The notes beneath the pieces are model-generated. The model was not told the DNA's origin. It did not search any database and saw only the letters and a list, made by a program, of their open reading frames with translations. The position numbers and the translations under genes were made by a program. A DNA stretch of 64,000 nt. Source: an uncultured Gemmatimonadaceae bacterium (lineage in GTDB: Bacteria; Gemmatimonadota; Gemmatimonadetes; Gemmatimonadales; Gemmatimonadaceae). Numbering within the stretch: the stretch's first letter is position 1; each line of letters opens with the position of its first letter. The DNA lies in assembly GCA_963829055.1 (NCBI GenBank), contig CAWHHI010000019.1, positions 32,001-96,000 of the forward strand, written 5' to 3'. Of the stretch, positions 42,350 to 52,897 are shown piece after piece.

Positions 42350-42477
42350 GTCATTCCGAGCGGAGCGCGGAGGCGCGGAGTCGAGGAGCCATGTCGTCCC
42401 GACCGACGGGAGCCGAGGACTCCTCTGACTACGGGACGATCGACGATTCCTCGACTGACTCGTCCGCTCGGAATGAC
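42350..42477. mobile_element. 128-bp palindromic MITE-like element
   Basis: 15-bp terminal inverted repeats GTCATTCCGAGCGGA / TCCGCTCGGAATGAC plus inner pairs agtcgagga/tcctcgact and tcgtcccg/cgggacga. Confidence 0.7.
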
Positions 42478-42524
42478 AAACGTTGTCTCCCTCGTCGTCC
42501 TTGGAGCGTCTCCTTCCTCCGTCC

Positions 42525-43284
42525 ATGATTGAGCTTCGCTCGCTGACCAAGCGCTACGGCTCGTTCACCGCGGTCAACGGCGTCGACCTCGACGTTCCCC
42601 GCGGTGAGCTGTTCGGATTCCTCGGCCCGAACGGCGCGGGGAAGACCACGACGCTGCGGATCATTGCCGGAATTCTGCGGCCCTCGTCAGGCACCGTCCG
42701 CATTGGCGGCATCGACATCTCCGCCGATCCGACCGCCGCGAAGCAGAAGCTCGGGTTCATCCCGGACCGTCCATTCATCTACGAGAAGCTGACCGGCGTC
42801 GAGTTCCTTCGATTCGTGGCCGGCTTGTACGGTCAGAGCGGCGCCGACGTGGAGCGACGCGGGCGCGAGCTGCTCGCGCTGTTCGACCTCGAGGAGTGGC
42901 AGGACGAGCTCGTCGAGAGCTACAGCCACGGCATGCGCCAGAAGCTCATCATCTCCAGCGCGTTCGTGCACAAACCGGAAGTGATCGTCGTCGACGAACC
43001 GATGGTGGGCCTGGATCCCAAGGCCGCGCGCACGCTCAAGGATCTCTTCCGCGAGTACACGCGCCGCGGAAATACCATCATGATGTCGACGCACACGCTG
43101 GAAGTCGCGCAGAGCATGTGCGACCGCATCGCGATCATTCAGCGCGGGGTGATCCGCGCCTGCCGGCACCATGAGCGAGCTGCGTGCGTCCGCCGAATCC
43201 GGCGTGACGGGCCTCGAGGAGATCTTCCTCCGCCTAACGGGTGAGGGCTTGTCGCGAGAGCTGGTCGAGGTTCTGGATGCTTGA
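42525..43284 (+). CDS. ABC transporter ATP-binding protein (apparent +1 frameshift near 43163)
   Basis: GPNGAGKTT, YSHGMRQK, VVDEP; corrected tail GTMSELRASAESGVTGLEEIFLRLTG..VLDA*. Confidence 0.88.
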
Positions 43285-44962
43285 CGAGCTGCGCACGCTC
43301 CTCGCGCCGAAGATCCTGACGGCCCGCGCACGCGCGCGCACAAAAGAGCGAGGCCGCGGCGCTCGCACGGCCATTCTCGCGGTTATCGGTGCGGTATTCT
43401 GGGCGTTCGCATTCGGCGTGTTGTATCGCCTACTCGCATACTTCCGCGGCGTTCCCGAGATCGGTCCGCTGCTCGCCGGCAAGTTGCTCGGGCTGATCCT
43501 CGTCTCGTTCTTCGGGATTCTCCTCCTTTCGAACGTCATCACCGCGCTGTCGAGCTTCTTCCTCGCGAGAGACCTCGACCTGCTCGCGTCGGCACCGGTG
43601 GACTGGCTCTCGCTGTACACCGCGAAGCTGCTCGAGACGTGTGTGAACTCGAGCTGGATGGTCGTGCTCATGGCGGTGCCGATGCTGACGGCGTACGGCA
43701 CGGTGTACGACGGTGGCCCGGCCTTCATCGGGCTGGCCATCGCGACCATGGTGCCATTTCTCCTCATTCCCGCGGCCATTGGAACCGCGCTGACGCTGGT
43801 GCTGGTGAACGCGTTTCCGGCACGGCGGACGCGCGACATCCTGAGCGTCATCGCCGTGCTCGCCGCTGCCGGTGTCGTCGTACTCGTTAGGCTCGTCCGT
43901 CCCGAGAAGCTCGCGAGACCGGAGGGCTTCAGATCGCTGGTGGACTTCATCGCGATCCTGAGAACGCCGACCTCGCCGCTGTTGCCGAGTGAGTGGGTCG
44001 GCCGGAGCGTGATGGGGTGGCTCACGGGATCGCTCGACGTGCTGCCCATCTACTTGCTCTGGTCCACCGCGGCGGCGGTTGTGGTGATCGGGGCGCTGCT
44101 GCATCGCGGCCTGTACGCGCGTGGCTTCACGAAGGCGCAGGAGAGCGGCGAACGCTGGGCGCGCGAAGGCTGGACGGGCCGCGCCGCGCGCGTGGCGCTG
44201 TCGCCGCTCGGCGTCGTTCGTCGCGAGCTCGTGATGAAGGAAGTGCGGGTGTTCTTCCGCGATACGACGCAGTGGTCGCAGCTCATCCTGCTCGCGGTGC
44301 TCGTCGTCGTCTACGTGTTCAACATCAAGTTCCTGCCGCTCACTGGCGAGGGGATCACGTTCTTCATCGTGAACCTGATCCCGTTCCTCAATCTCGCACT
44401 CGCGGGCTTCGTGCTCGCGTCGGTTGCGGCACGATTCATCTTCCCGGGCGTGAGCCTGGAAGGACGCACGTGGTGGCTGCTGCGCGCGAGTCCGCTGCCG
44501 GTGCGCGAGCTGTTGTGGTCGAAGTTCTGGGTCGGGACGCTGCCGCTGCTCGTGCTGGCGCTCGCGATCGTCGGAGTGACGAACAGTCTCCTCCACGTGA
44601 GCGTGTTCATGTTCACGGTGTCGGTGTTCACGATCACGCTCATGACGTTCGCGCTGGCGGGCCTGGCGCTCGGGTTCGGAACAATGTTCCCTCGCTTCGA
44701 GACGGAGAACGCGGCGCAGATCCCGACGTCGTTCGGCGGCCTGCTCTACATGATGAGCGCGGTGGGCGTCATCGGCGCGGTCATCGTGCTCGAAGCGCGG
44801 CCAGTGTACGACTATCTCTCGGCGATTTCATTTCGTGGCGGCGACGAACCCCCGCTGCTCGAGCTGGTGGTCGGCTTCGGCCTCGCGGCGGCGGTGTGCC
44901 TGACGGCGACGTTCTGGCCGATTCACATCGCGGTGCGACGACTGGAGGCGCTCGAACGGTAG
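43277..44962 (+). CDS. Putative ABC transporter permease (large multi-TM)
   Basis: Highly hydrophobic; DLDLLASAPV, KEVRVFFRD, SLEGRTWWLL; overlaps the ATPase stop. Confidence 0.8.
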   Translation: MLDELRTLLAPKILTARARARTKERGRGARTAILAVIGAVFWAFAFGVLYRLLAYFRGVPEIGPLLAGKLLGLILVSFFGILLLSNVITALSSFFLARDLDLLASAPVDWLSLYTAKLLETCVNSSWMVVLMAVPMLTAYGTVYDGGPAFIGLAIATMVPFLLIPAAIGTALTLVLVNAFPARRTRDILSVIAVLAAAGVVVLVRLVRPEKLARPEGFRSLVDFIAILRTPTSPLLPSEWVGRSVMGWLTGSLDVLPIYLLWSTAAAVVVIGALLHRGLYARGFTKAQESGERWAREGWTGRAARVALSPLGVVRRELVMKEVRVFFRDTTQWSQLILLAVLVVVYVFNIKFLPLTGEGITFFIVNLIPFLNLALAGFVLASVAARFIFPGVSLEGRTWWLLRASPLPVRELLWSKFWVGTLPLLVLALAIVGVTNSLLHVSVFMFTVSVFTITLMTFALAGLALGFGTMFPRFETENAAQIPTSFGGLLYMMSAVGVIGAVIVLEARPVYDYLSAISFRGGDEPPLLELVVGFGLAAAVCLTATFWPIHIAVRRLEALER

Positions 44963-44967
44963 AAGCG

Positions 44968-45280
44968 TGTCATCCCGAGCACCCGCGAGGGACCTGCTCG
45001 AACGTGATTGTAGTCGGACCGGCTGCAGTGACTTCACCAAGTCCGAGACACACGCCATCCGCTGAGCGGACAAGACACAGCAAACGACAACAGCAACAGC
45101 AAGAGACAGGATTGCCAGGATTGGCAGGATTGAAGGGACGTCGCAAGGACGGCGGCGAGCCGCCTGCCCGTAATCCTGTCAATCCTGCAATCCTGTCTGC
45201 TGTTTTTGTATTTGTCATGCCGCGAGGCTCGACGTCTCGTGGCGGACGCTGACTCAAGATCCTCGGCGATCGGGATGACA
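44968..45280. repeat. Composite palindromic element: GTCATCCCGA-type terminal inverted repeats enclosing CAGGATT tandem/inverted repeats
   Basis: TGTCATCCCGA (44968) / TCGGGATGACA (45270-45280); gacaggattgccaggattggcaggatt ... aatcctgtcaatcctgcaatcctgtc at about 45104-45197. Confidence 0.7.
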
Positions 45281-45285
45281 ACGTC

Positions 45286-45828
45286 TCAGGCGGCGAGCGA
45301 ATTCCCGCAGTGCGCGCAGAACCGCGACGCCGGCGCATCGACCACCGCCCCGCAGTGCGCGCACGTGCCCTTGAGATACTTCCCGCACGACGAGCAGAAC
45401 ACCGGGTCAGGCTCTGGCCGCGGGCCACACGTGTCACACTCGCGTCGGATCGACCGGTAGCGGAGGATCGCCGCCTCGGCAATGTCGACCGTGGTCGATG
45501 AATCGGCGTTAGGTGCCGCACCGTCGATGCCGGCACCAACCCCTACGGCCGCAACCTCGACCGGTTGTGGCGACGAGGCGCGCCGCGCGCGCATCTCTAC
45601 CAGTCCTTTGCGCGTGTACTCCGTCTTGAGCTCCGCGTAGTCATCGTCCGACAGCTTCCCCGTCGCGCGATCGAACTCGATCTCGCGCAGTGCGTCGATC
45701 GCGCTCTCGGGTGCAGGCACGTGACGCGCCGCGCGGGAACGCATCGGCGCAATGGCGTCGAACAGCGGCAAGAGTACGTATGCGAGTGCCGCAACCGCCA
45801 ACGCCGCACCTATGAGCAGCGCCGTCAC
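45286..45828 (-). CDS. Membrane-anchored double zinc-ribbon protein (CcmI-like N-terminus)
   Basis: TM helix, LREIEFDRATGKLSDDDY, four CxxC motifs. Confidence 0.75.
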   Translation of the reverse strand: MTALLIGAALAVAALAYVLLPLFDAIAPMRSRAARHVPAPESAIDALREIEFDRATGKLSDDDYAELKTEYTRKGLVEMRARRASSPQPVEVAAVGVGAGIDGAAPNADSSTTVDIAEAAILRYRSIRRECDTCGPRPEPDPVFCSSCGKYLKGTCAHCGAVVDAPASRFCAHCGNSLAA

Positions 45829-46400
45829 CGGTCATCTCCGCGCACCGCCGCCTCGAGCTGCGCCATCTCGTCGTCGCTCCCGTCCACCGGCACGGATGAC
45901 GTCGCACGACGCTCGGCCGCACGACTCCCCCACCGACGGATCAACGCCCCGACCACGAACGCGCCACCACCGACCGCCGCGAACGGCGCGAGCCAGCCGA
46001 CCCAGTTGAACCCCTGCTTGTGCGGCGCCATGAGGATCTTCTCGCCGTAGCTCTGCTCGAACGCGGCGAGGATCTCGTCCGCCGAGTAGCCGCCGTTCGC
46101 GAGGGCGACGACGTCAGCGTGCAGACGCGGCGAGAATCCGCAGGGCATCGACGTCCGGCACGTGAACACGTCGAGTGTACACGGACACGGGCAGCTGATC
46201 ATGCGCTCGACCGCATCACGCTCGAGCGGAGTGAGCCGCTTCGCCGCCGCCGGACGTGGCAGCCGCCGAACCGGGATGTAACCATCCCCTTCCATGCTGG
46301 CGCCGGGCGCCTCGGCTCCCTGCTGTCCGATCACCTGGCGGGCGCCCACGGCAACCAGCGTCCCGCCTAACGCCATCATGAACTCGCGCCGGCTTGCCAT
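45825..46400 (-). CDS. ccmH: Cytochrome c biogenesis protein CcmH-like
   Basis: MASRREF twin-arginine-like N-term, ISCPCPC, FEQSYGEKILMAP, WLAPF TM helix. Confidence 0.78.
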   Translation of the reverse strand: MASRREFMMALGGTLVAVGARQVIGQQGAEAPGASMEGDGYIPVRRLPRPAAAKRLTPLERDAVERMISCPCPCTLDVFTCRTSMPCGFSPRLHADVVALANGGYSADEILAAFEQSYGEKILMAPHKQGFNWVGWLAPFAAVGGGAFVVGALIRRWGSRAAERRATSSVPVDGSDDEMAQLEAAVRGDDR

Positions 46401-48447
46401 CAGACGCCCGCTTCCACCGGGGGACGCTCGGCGGCAGGCTGCATCACGACGACGTAGCCGCCCTCGCGACGCCCGCTCCTGCTTCTGGTCGCCTGCGGCC
46501 ACATCACGATCAGCCCGCCGATCGCCATGATGATGCCGCCATACCACACCCACCACACGAGCGGATTGAACGTGATCCGAATCTCGGCCGTCTCCTCGCC
46601 GGTGACACCATGCAGCACGAGATAGACGTCTTGCCGCAACGACTCGAGAATGCCGACTTCCGTGGACGGCTCGAACGTCGGCTGACCGCGACTGTCGACG
46701 TGCTGGCGCTTCTCGCTCTTGATGAGCGTTGGCGCCATGCCTGGTCGCTTCGCCTCGAGCACCACCGCGGTGACCTGCCGGTTGAGCTCCTCGTAGCGCG
46801 ACACACCCTGGCTCGTGAATGTCCACGAGCGGTTGTACGGGTCGAGAGCCGTGAACGATGCGCCTGGCGTCAGCGAGAGGTCGTATTCCTTCTTGAACGC
46901 CAGTCCCGCGAACGCCGCGAACAGTACGACGACGCCGAAGTGCACGATGTAGCCGCCGTAGCGCCGTCGATTCCGCCCGATGAGACGCAGCAGGGCGATC
47001 GGGATAGCCTCTCCGTGAATACGCCGACGTGCCCCAACGCCCTTCACGAATTCCTGCGCGATGGTCGTCGTGACGAATCCAGCCAACGTGTACGACACGA
47101 GCGCGTAGCCGTCGCGCATGCCTAACGCAAAGAGCGCGGCGCCGAGCACGAGCCCGCCGGCAACGGGCGACCGCGAACTGGCGCTTCAGATTCGCCACCG
47201 ATGCTCGCCGCCACGCGATGAGCGGCCCCACGCCCGTGAGGCCAAGCAGCAGCAGCCCCAGCGGAATGTTCACCGTGTTGAAGAACGGCGCACCCACCGT
47301 GATCTTCGAGCCGCGGACCGCCTCACTGATGATCGGGAACAACGTTCCCCACAACACGGAGAACGCGATACCGACGAGCACGACGTTGTTATACAGGAAC
47401 GCCGCCTCGCGGCTCACCATGCTCTCGAGCTCGGCCTGCGCCTCCAGGTCCTTGAGACGTGTCGCCACGAGAAACGCGGTGACCACGATCGCCAGGATGA
47501 GGAATCCGGCGAACCAGCTGCCGATCGGCGATTGCGCGAACGAGTGTACGCTCTCGATGACACCGCTGCGCGTGATGAATGTGCCCGAGGATCGCGAGCA
47601 GGAACGTCGCCACCACGAGCGTGACGTTCCATTTGCGCAGCATCCCGCGCTTCTCCTGGATCATGATCGAGTGGAGAAACGCCGTGCCCGTGAGCCACGG
47701 CAGCAGCGATGCGTTTTCGACGGGATCCCAGGCCCAGTAGCCACCCCACCCGAGCTCGACGTACGCCCACCACATGCCGAGCGTGATGCCGATGGTCAGA
47801 AACAGCCACGACACCAGCGACCAGCGCCTAACGGCGGCGAGCCACTCCGCATCGAGCCGCCGCGTGATGAGCGCCGCGATCGCGAACGCGAACGGCACCG
47901 ACGTGGCCACGTACCCGAGGTACAGATTCGGCGGATGGATCGCCATGCCGGGATTCTGGAGCTGCGGATTGAGCCCCGTCCCATCCGGCGGAATCCAGTC
48001 GAGCCGCGCGTATGGGTTCGCGCCGAACGCCGTCGTCGCCAGGAAGAAGATCAGAATCGTCGCCAGCGTCCCCGTCACGAACGGCATGAGCTCGCGATTC
48101 GTGCGTCGGTTCGCGAACAGCGTGATCGCGGAGTACAGCGACAGGATCAGGCACCAGAACAGCATCGAGCCGGCCTGCCCGCCCCAGAACGCGGCGAACT
48201 TGTACACGGCCGGAAGGTTCGAGCTGGTGTACGAGGCGACGAACCGCAGCGAGAAGTCGCTCGTCAGCAACGCCGTCCACAGTCCGATCGATGCGAGAAC
48301 CACGAACGCGAACGTCGCGTACAGCGCGCGCTCGCCGCTTGCCACGAGATCGCTGCGACGCATCTGTCCGCCGGCGAACGACACCGTAGCGCTCCAGGCG
48401 GCCATGAGCAGCGCGACCCAGAGCGATAGTTCCCCGAGCAGAATCAC
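46400..48447 (-). CDS. ccmF: Heme lyase CcmF (two apparent +1 frameshifts near 47585 and 47169)
   Basis: WGGQAGS, HPPNLYLGY, WAYVELGWGGYWAWDPVEN, FNPLVWWVWYGG. Confidence 0.93.
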
Positions 48448-48896
48448 GCCGCCGGACCCTTCGACGCCTTGTACGCCGGTGTCGACTGATACTTGTCGGG
48501 AGCGTTCTCGTAGCGGGACGCGCACTTGGCGAGCAGCGTCGTCGCGACGAACGTCCCGTTGCGGTTGTAGCGTCCCTCGACCACCACGTCCACACTATCG
48601 GTGAACGTGTCCGGGATGACGCCGCGGAACGTGACGGGGATGGTCTGACTGCCATCGGTCACGTTGAAGGAAACGGCGCGCCCGCCGGGCTGACGCTCGA
48701 TGGTCCCGGGCACGACGCGGGCTCCCATCTTCACGCCGGTCTCATAGAACGTGGAGTCGCGCTTCACCTTCGCCGTGAGCTCGCCCGGGGTCAGGTAGTA
48801 CATCCCCGTGTCGCCGATGGACGTCGCCATCAGATACCCGGCAGTGCCGAGGACCAGGATACCGCCCATGATGAACTTCGTGCGTGCCCTTGCCAC
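48444..48896 (-). CDS. ccmE: Heme chaperone CcmE, CxxxY variant
   Basis: YYLTP, GVIPDTF, VVVEG, LLAKCASRY. Confidence 0.9.
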   Translation of the reverse strand: MARARTKFIMGGILVLGTAGYLMATSIGDTGMYYLTPGELTAKVKRDSTFYETGVKMGARVVPGTIERQPGGRAVSFNVTDGSQTIPVTFRGVIPDTFTDSVDVVVEGRYNRNGTFVATTLLAKCASRYENAPDKYQSTPAYKASKGPAA

Positions 48897-48930
48897 AGCT
48901 ACCCCCTGGCGGCGTCCGCCAGTTACGCGT

Positions 48931-49152
48931 TCACGTGGTGGTTTTGCTCTGGTGCAGTGCCGCGCCACGTACACGGGACATGATCATGTTCAACTCCTGC
49001 TCAGCCGCAGCGCGCTCTTCCGGCGTCCAGAAGTCCATGTGCTGGTTGGCATCGCGCACTCGGAAAAGTAGCTCGTCGATGAGTTCACGGAGCGCGGCGT
49101 TCCGGCGACGATCCACATCGGGCTTGAGGGCAGGTTCGCTCATACCGCTCAT
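48931..49152 (-). CDS. Small hypothetical protein
   Basis: 73-aa helical-looking ORF with protein-like composition, co-oriented with neighbours. Confidence 0.55.
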   Translation of the reverse strand: MSGMSEPALKPDVDRRRNAALRELIDELLFRVRDANQHMDFWTPEERAAAEQELNMIMSRVRGAALHQSKTTT

Positions 49153-49182
49153 ACGATGAAAGGAATGCAGACAGAGCGCCGG

Positions 49183-49629
49183 CTACCGGGGAACCCCCGT
49201 GCGGCGCCACTGTGGCCAGGCGGACGTCGCCAATATAGGACCCGGGGCTACCGAGGATAAGAGCGAAGCGGCGAGCGGACCCTGGGCCCCATACTTCCCG
49301 GACGCTGCCGGCTCATCCGTATCCGAGCGTACAGCGTTGTGAATCAACGCACTCGCCGCGCCCGCTCCGGCGGCGTCCCAGACGAGATCCCTGACGCTGA
49401 ACAGACCGTACGACCGCCGATCATGCAGTTCCTTCGCAACGGAAACCACCGCCGTCACCGCCCACGCAGACGCCAGCGCCTGGTCATGCCGGACGCGCGC
49501 CGTCTGAAGCACGCTATACGTCACGCTCTGCGTGAACGCCGCCATGAAAAAGTGCTTGATCTTGTCGGAGCCGAACCAGTGATCGGGGGGCGCGAGCAGC
49601 GACAGCGAAAGCGCGAGACGAGCGATCAT
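49183..49629 (-). CDS. YfiM/DUF2279-like membrane protein
   Basis: DKIKHF, AKELHD, FSVRDLVWDAAG. Confidence 0.6.
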   Translation of the reverse strand: MIARLALSLSLLAPPDHWFGSDKIKHFFMAAFTQSVTYSVLQTARVRHDQALASAWAVTAVVSVAKELHDRRSYGLFSVRDLVWDAAGAGAASALIHNAVRSDTDEPAASGKYGAQGPLAASLLSSVAPGPILATSAWPQWRRTGVPR

Positions 49630-50297
49630 GCGACGCTCCTCGCCCGTTCGCTCTCACGAACGAGCTGTGGCAGATGCCTGGCGATCAATCGCAGCGACGA
49701 CCGGACGAGGTCCATGTGCCCCGCCACGTGAATCCAGCTGCTGGCGCCAGACGGATGAGGTAGCGGAATCACCAGTGGGGAGCCCGCGAGATCGGAAATC
49801 CGGTGGACGCGGCCGACGTACTCGCTGAGTGGCTTGCTGCCGAGAAACCGCTCGATCGCGAGTCGCCCCACGGGAATGATCACCTTCGGAGCGATCATCG
49901 CGATCTCCGCCTCCATCCACGACGAGCAGCTCGAGATTTGCGCCGGCGTGGGGACCAGGTCGCCACGGCCGGTCGGACTCGATCCCGGAAAACATCGCGT
50001 CATGGCGGAGATGTAGATCCGTTGCCGCGCCACGGACTCAGCAATGCCGACTTCCGCGAACCAGCGGAACAACGTCTTCCCGGCTCTCCCGGCGAACGGG
50101 CGCCGGTCGACAACCTCCGTCTTCCCCGGCGCCTGACCGACGAGCATGGCGAGAGGCTCGCGTGACGATGAGACGACCGGCAGAATCGCCGGGTCGTGAA
50201 ACTGACAGCGCCTGCACGCCGACAGCGCGCGCGCGTGCGCATCGAGCAGCACGTGCAGCCGACGCGACGCTTCCCTACGGTGCGACTCGCCTGACAT
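49626..50297 (-). CDS. Uracil-DNA glycosylase superfamily protein
   Basis: LVGQAPG, FAGRAG, RCFPG, LPHPSGASSW; Cys cluster CRRC. Confidence 0.88.
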   Translation of the reverse strand: MSGESHRREASRRLHVLLDAHARALSACRRCQFHDPAILPVVSSSREPLAMLVGQAPGKTEVVDRRPFAGRAGKTLFRWFAEVGIAESVARQRIYISAMTRCFPGSSPTGRGDLVPTPAQISSCSSWMEAEIAMIAPKVIIPVGRLAIERFLGSKPLSEYVGRVHRISDLAGSPLVIPLPHPSGASSWIHVAGHMDLVRSSLRLIARHLPQLVRESERARSVA

Positions 50298-51784
50298 CAG
50301 TCGCGATCTCGGGCCCACGCGAGTGCTGTCCGCACCGCTCGACGCCACCCAGCGTGGTACGCCTCGGCCCGAGGGGCATCGGCGGGAGCGAACGGCATGA
50401 ACCGTCGGGACCGGAGGAACTCGTCCGGAGACGTCCACACGCCAGCGGCAAGCCCGGCAAGCCCGGCGGCGCCTAACGCCGTCGTCTCGATGTTCAGCGG
50501 CCGCTCCACCGGCATGTCGAGCACGTCCGCCTGGAACTGCATGAGCCAGTTGTTGGCGCTCGCGCCGCCATCGACGCGCAGAGGCACATCGCCCCATCCG
50601 TCGAGCTCCCCGCCCGCGCACCGGCGCATCGCCTCGAGCACGTCACGAGTCGCGTACGTCATCGCTTCGAGCGCGGCGCGCGCGAGATGGGCACGCGTCG
50701 CGCCACGCGTGAGGCCGACGATCGTGCCACGAGCGTTAGGCTCCCAATCGGGAGCGCCGAGCCCGACGAGCGCCGGAACGAAATACACACCGTCGTTCGA
50801 CGAGATCGACCGCGCGAGCGCTTCCGTCTCGGTCGCCGTGCCAATGATGCCGAGCCCGTCCCGCAGCCATTGCACGGCGGCGCCGGCAATGAAGATCGCG
50901 CCTTCGAGGGCGTAGGCGGGCCCGCCTCGCGCGTCACATGCGATCGTCGTGAGAATCCCCGCGCCGCCTCGCGGACGCTGGCGGCCGGTGTTGAGGAGCA
51001 GAAACGCACCAGTGCCATAGGTGTTCTTGGCCGAGCCTGCCGCCCAACATCCCTGCCCGAACAACGCCGCTTGCTGATCGCCCGCCACGCCCATGATCGG
51101 CACTGACGCACCGAAGATGTCGGCCATGGTATCACCGAACGAACCGGACGATGGTCGCACCTCGGGCAGCATCGCCATCGGTACACCGAACAGCGCGCAG
51201 AGATCGTTGCTCCACTGCATCCGGTCGATGTCGTAGAGCAACGTGCGCGACGCGTTCGTGGGGTCGGTCGCGTGCACCGTGCCGCCCGTTAGGCACCAGA
51301 TCAGCCAGCTGTCGATCGTGCCCGCGAGCACTTCACCCGCCCGTGCCCGTTGCGCGATCGTTGTGTCGCGAAGCATCCACTCGAGCTTCGTCGCCGAGAA
51401 ATACGGATCCACGACGAGCCCAGTGCGCGCCGTGATCTCTTCCGCACGCGGCGCGAGCTCGAGGCACCGCGCGGCCGTGCGCCGGTCCTGCCACACGATC
51501 GCGCGGCCGACTGGCTCGCCCGTCGCGCGATCCCACACAACGACGGTCTCGCGCTGGTTCGTGATGCCGATCGCGCGCGGCGTCACGCCCGCGGCCGTCA
51601 CCGCCTCACGAGCCGCGGCGAGCGTGCGATCGAGAATTTCGGTAGCGTCGTGCTCGACCCAACCAGGCCGCGGGTAGTACTGGGTGATCTCGCGATAGGC
51701 GCGCGAGACCACGGATCCATCGGCGGCAACCATCAGACACGTCGTGCCCGTGGTCCCCTGATCGATCGCCAGGACGTGAGTCAT
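50297..51784 (-). CDS. glpK: Glycerol kinase
   Basis: AIDQGTT, ITNQRET, DPYFSATK, GDQQAALFG, KNTYGTG. Confidence 0.96.
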   Translation of the reverse strand: MTHVLAIDQGTTGTTCLMVAADGSVVSRAYREITQYYPRPGWVEHDATEILDRTLAAAREAVTAAGVTPRAIGITNQRETVVVWDRATGEPVGRAIVWQDRRTAARCLELAPRAEEITARTGLVVDPYFSATKLEWMLRDTTIAQRARAGEVLAGTIDSWLIWCLTGGTVHATDPTNASRTLLYDIDRMQWSNDLCALFGVPMAMLPEVRPSSGSFGDTMADIFGASVPIMGVAGDQQAALFGQGCWAAGSAKNTYGTGAFLLLNTGRQRPRGGAGILTTIACDARGGPAYALEGAIFIAGAAVQWLRDGLGIIGTATETEALARSISSNDGVYFVPALVGLGAPDWEPNARGTIVGLTRGATRAHLARAALEAMTYATRDVLEAMRRCAGGELDGWGDVPLRVDGGASANNWLMQFQADVLDMPVERPLNIETTALGAAGLAGLAAGVWTSPDEFLRSRRFMPFAPADAPRAEAYHAGWRRAVRTALAWARDRD

Positions 51785-52843
51785 CCGACCGCCGCGGCTA
51801 ACGAAGAGGCGCTTGGCGCGAAATCATACGGTGCCCGATGCACGTCCACGATCGCTCACGATCGCCGTGATCAACGCGGCCGGTGTAACGTCGAATGCAG
51901 GATTGTACACGGCAGCATCGCGAGCCGCCGTGAGCACGCCGAACCCGCGGCGGACCTCGTCCGCGTTACGCTGCTCGATCTCGATCGATTCGCCGTTAGG
52001 CGTCGCCGGGTCGAACGTCGATGTCGGCGCAGCCACGTACATGGGGATACCGTGGTGATGCGCCGAGACGGCCACGCCGTACGTGCCGACCTTGTTCGCG
52101 ACATCGCCATTGCGAGCGATGCGGTCCGCACCAACGATGCAGAGATCGATGCGTCCAGCGCGCATGAGCGACGCCGCCATGTTGTCGGCGAGCACGGTCA
52201 CTGGAATGCCTGCGCGTGTCAGCTCCCACGCCGTGAGCCGGCTGCCTTGCAGCAACGGCCGCGTCTCGTCCACGAACACTTCCACTCGACGACCCGCTTC
52301 CGCAGCCAGATAGATCGGCGCCAGTGCCGTACCGATGCCGGCAGTCGCCAGCGCGCCCGCGTTGCAATGCGTGAGCACCCGTGCTCCGTCGGGGATGAGC
52401 GAGAGTCCGTGAGTGCCGATGCGATCGCACATGGCGCGATCCTCATCGCGGATCGCGGTCGCCTCGCGACGCAGTGCGTCGAGCATCGCGTGGGCCGAGT
52501 CGTCGAACGTCGCTGTAGTGAGCAGCATGCGGTCGATGGCCCACGGCAGATTCACCGCGGTCGGTCGCGTTGCTCGAATCGCGGCCGCGGCCGTCAGCAC
52601 GCGTTCGCGAAATAGGCCAGGCGTGTCGTCATCCGCGAACGCTCGAGCCACCGTCACCAGGCCCATGGCGCCGGCGACGCCGATCGCCGGCGCGCCTCGA
52701 ACGGCCAAGGTGCGGATCGCGTCGCACACCTCATCCAGCGTGCGGAGATCGCGCTCTACGAACGTCTCGGGGAGACGACGCTGGTCGATGATGCGCACCG
52801 CGCCGCCATCCGGACTCCAGTCCACCGCTCGAATGGGTTGCAC
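51781..52843 (-). CDS. mtnA: S-methyl-5-thioribose-1-phosphate isomerase (apparent +1 frameshift near 51846)
   Basis: VRGAPAIG, LTHCNAGALAT, DETRP, GADRI, NPAFDVTP; corrected tail ends on the glpK ATGA. Confidence 0.93.
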
Positions 52844-52897
52844 GCGCGGAAACTAGCGGACGGGTGCTGCTGCCCGGAAGCGCGTACCGGTACCTCG

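Noticed and set aside
45825..47486. 553-aa CcmF-CcmH fusion
   Set aside because: Produced by the ccmF frameshift; ccmF ends at 46400 where the ccmH ATG begins.
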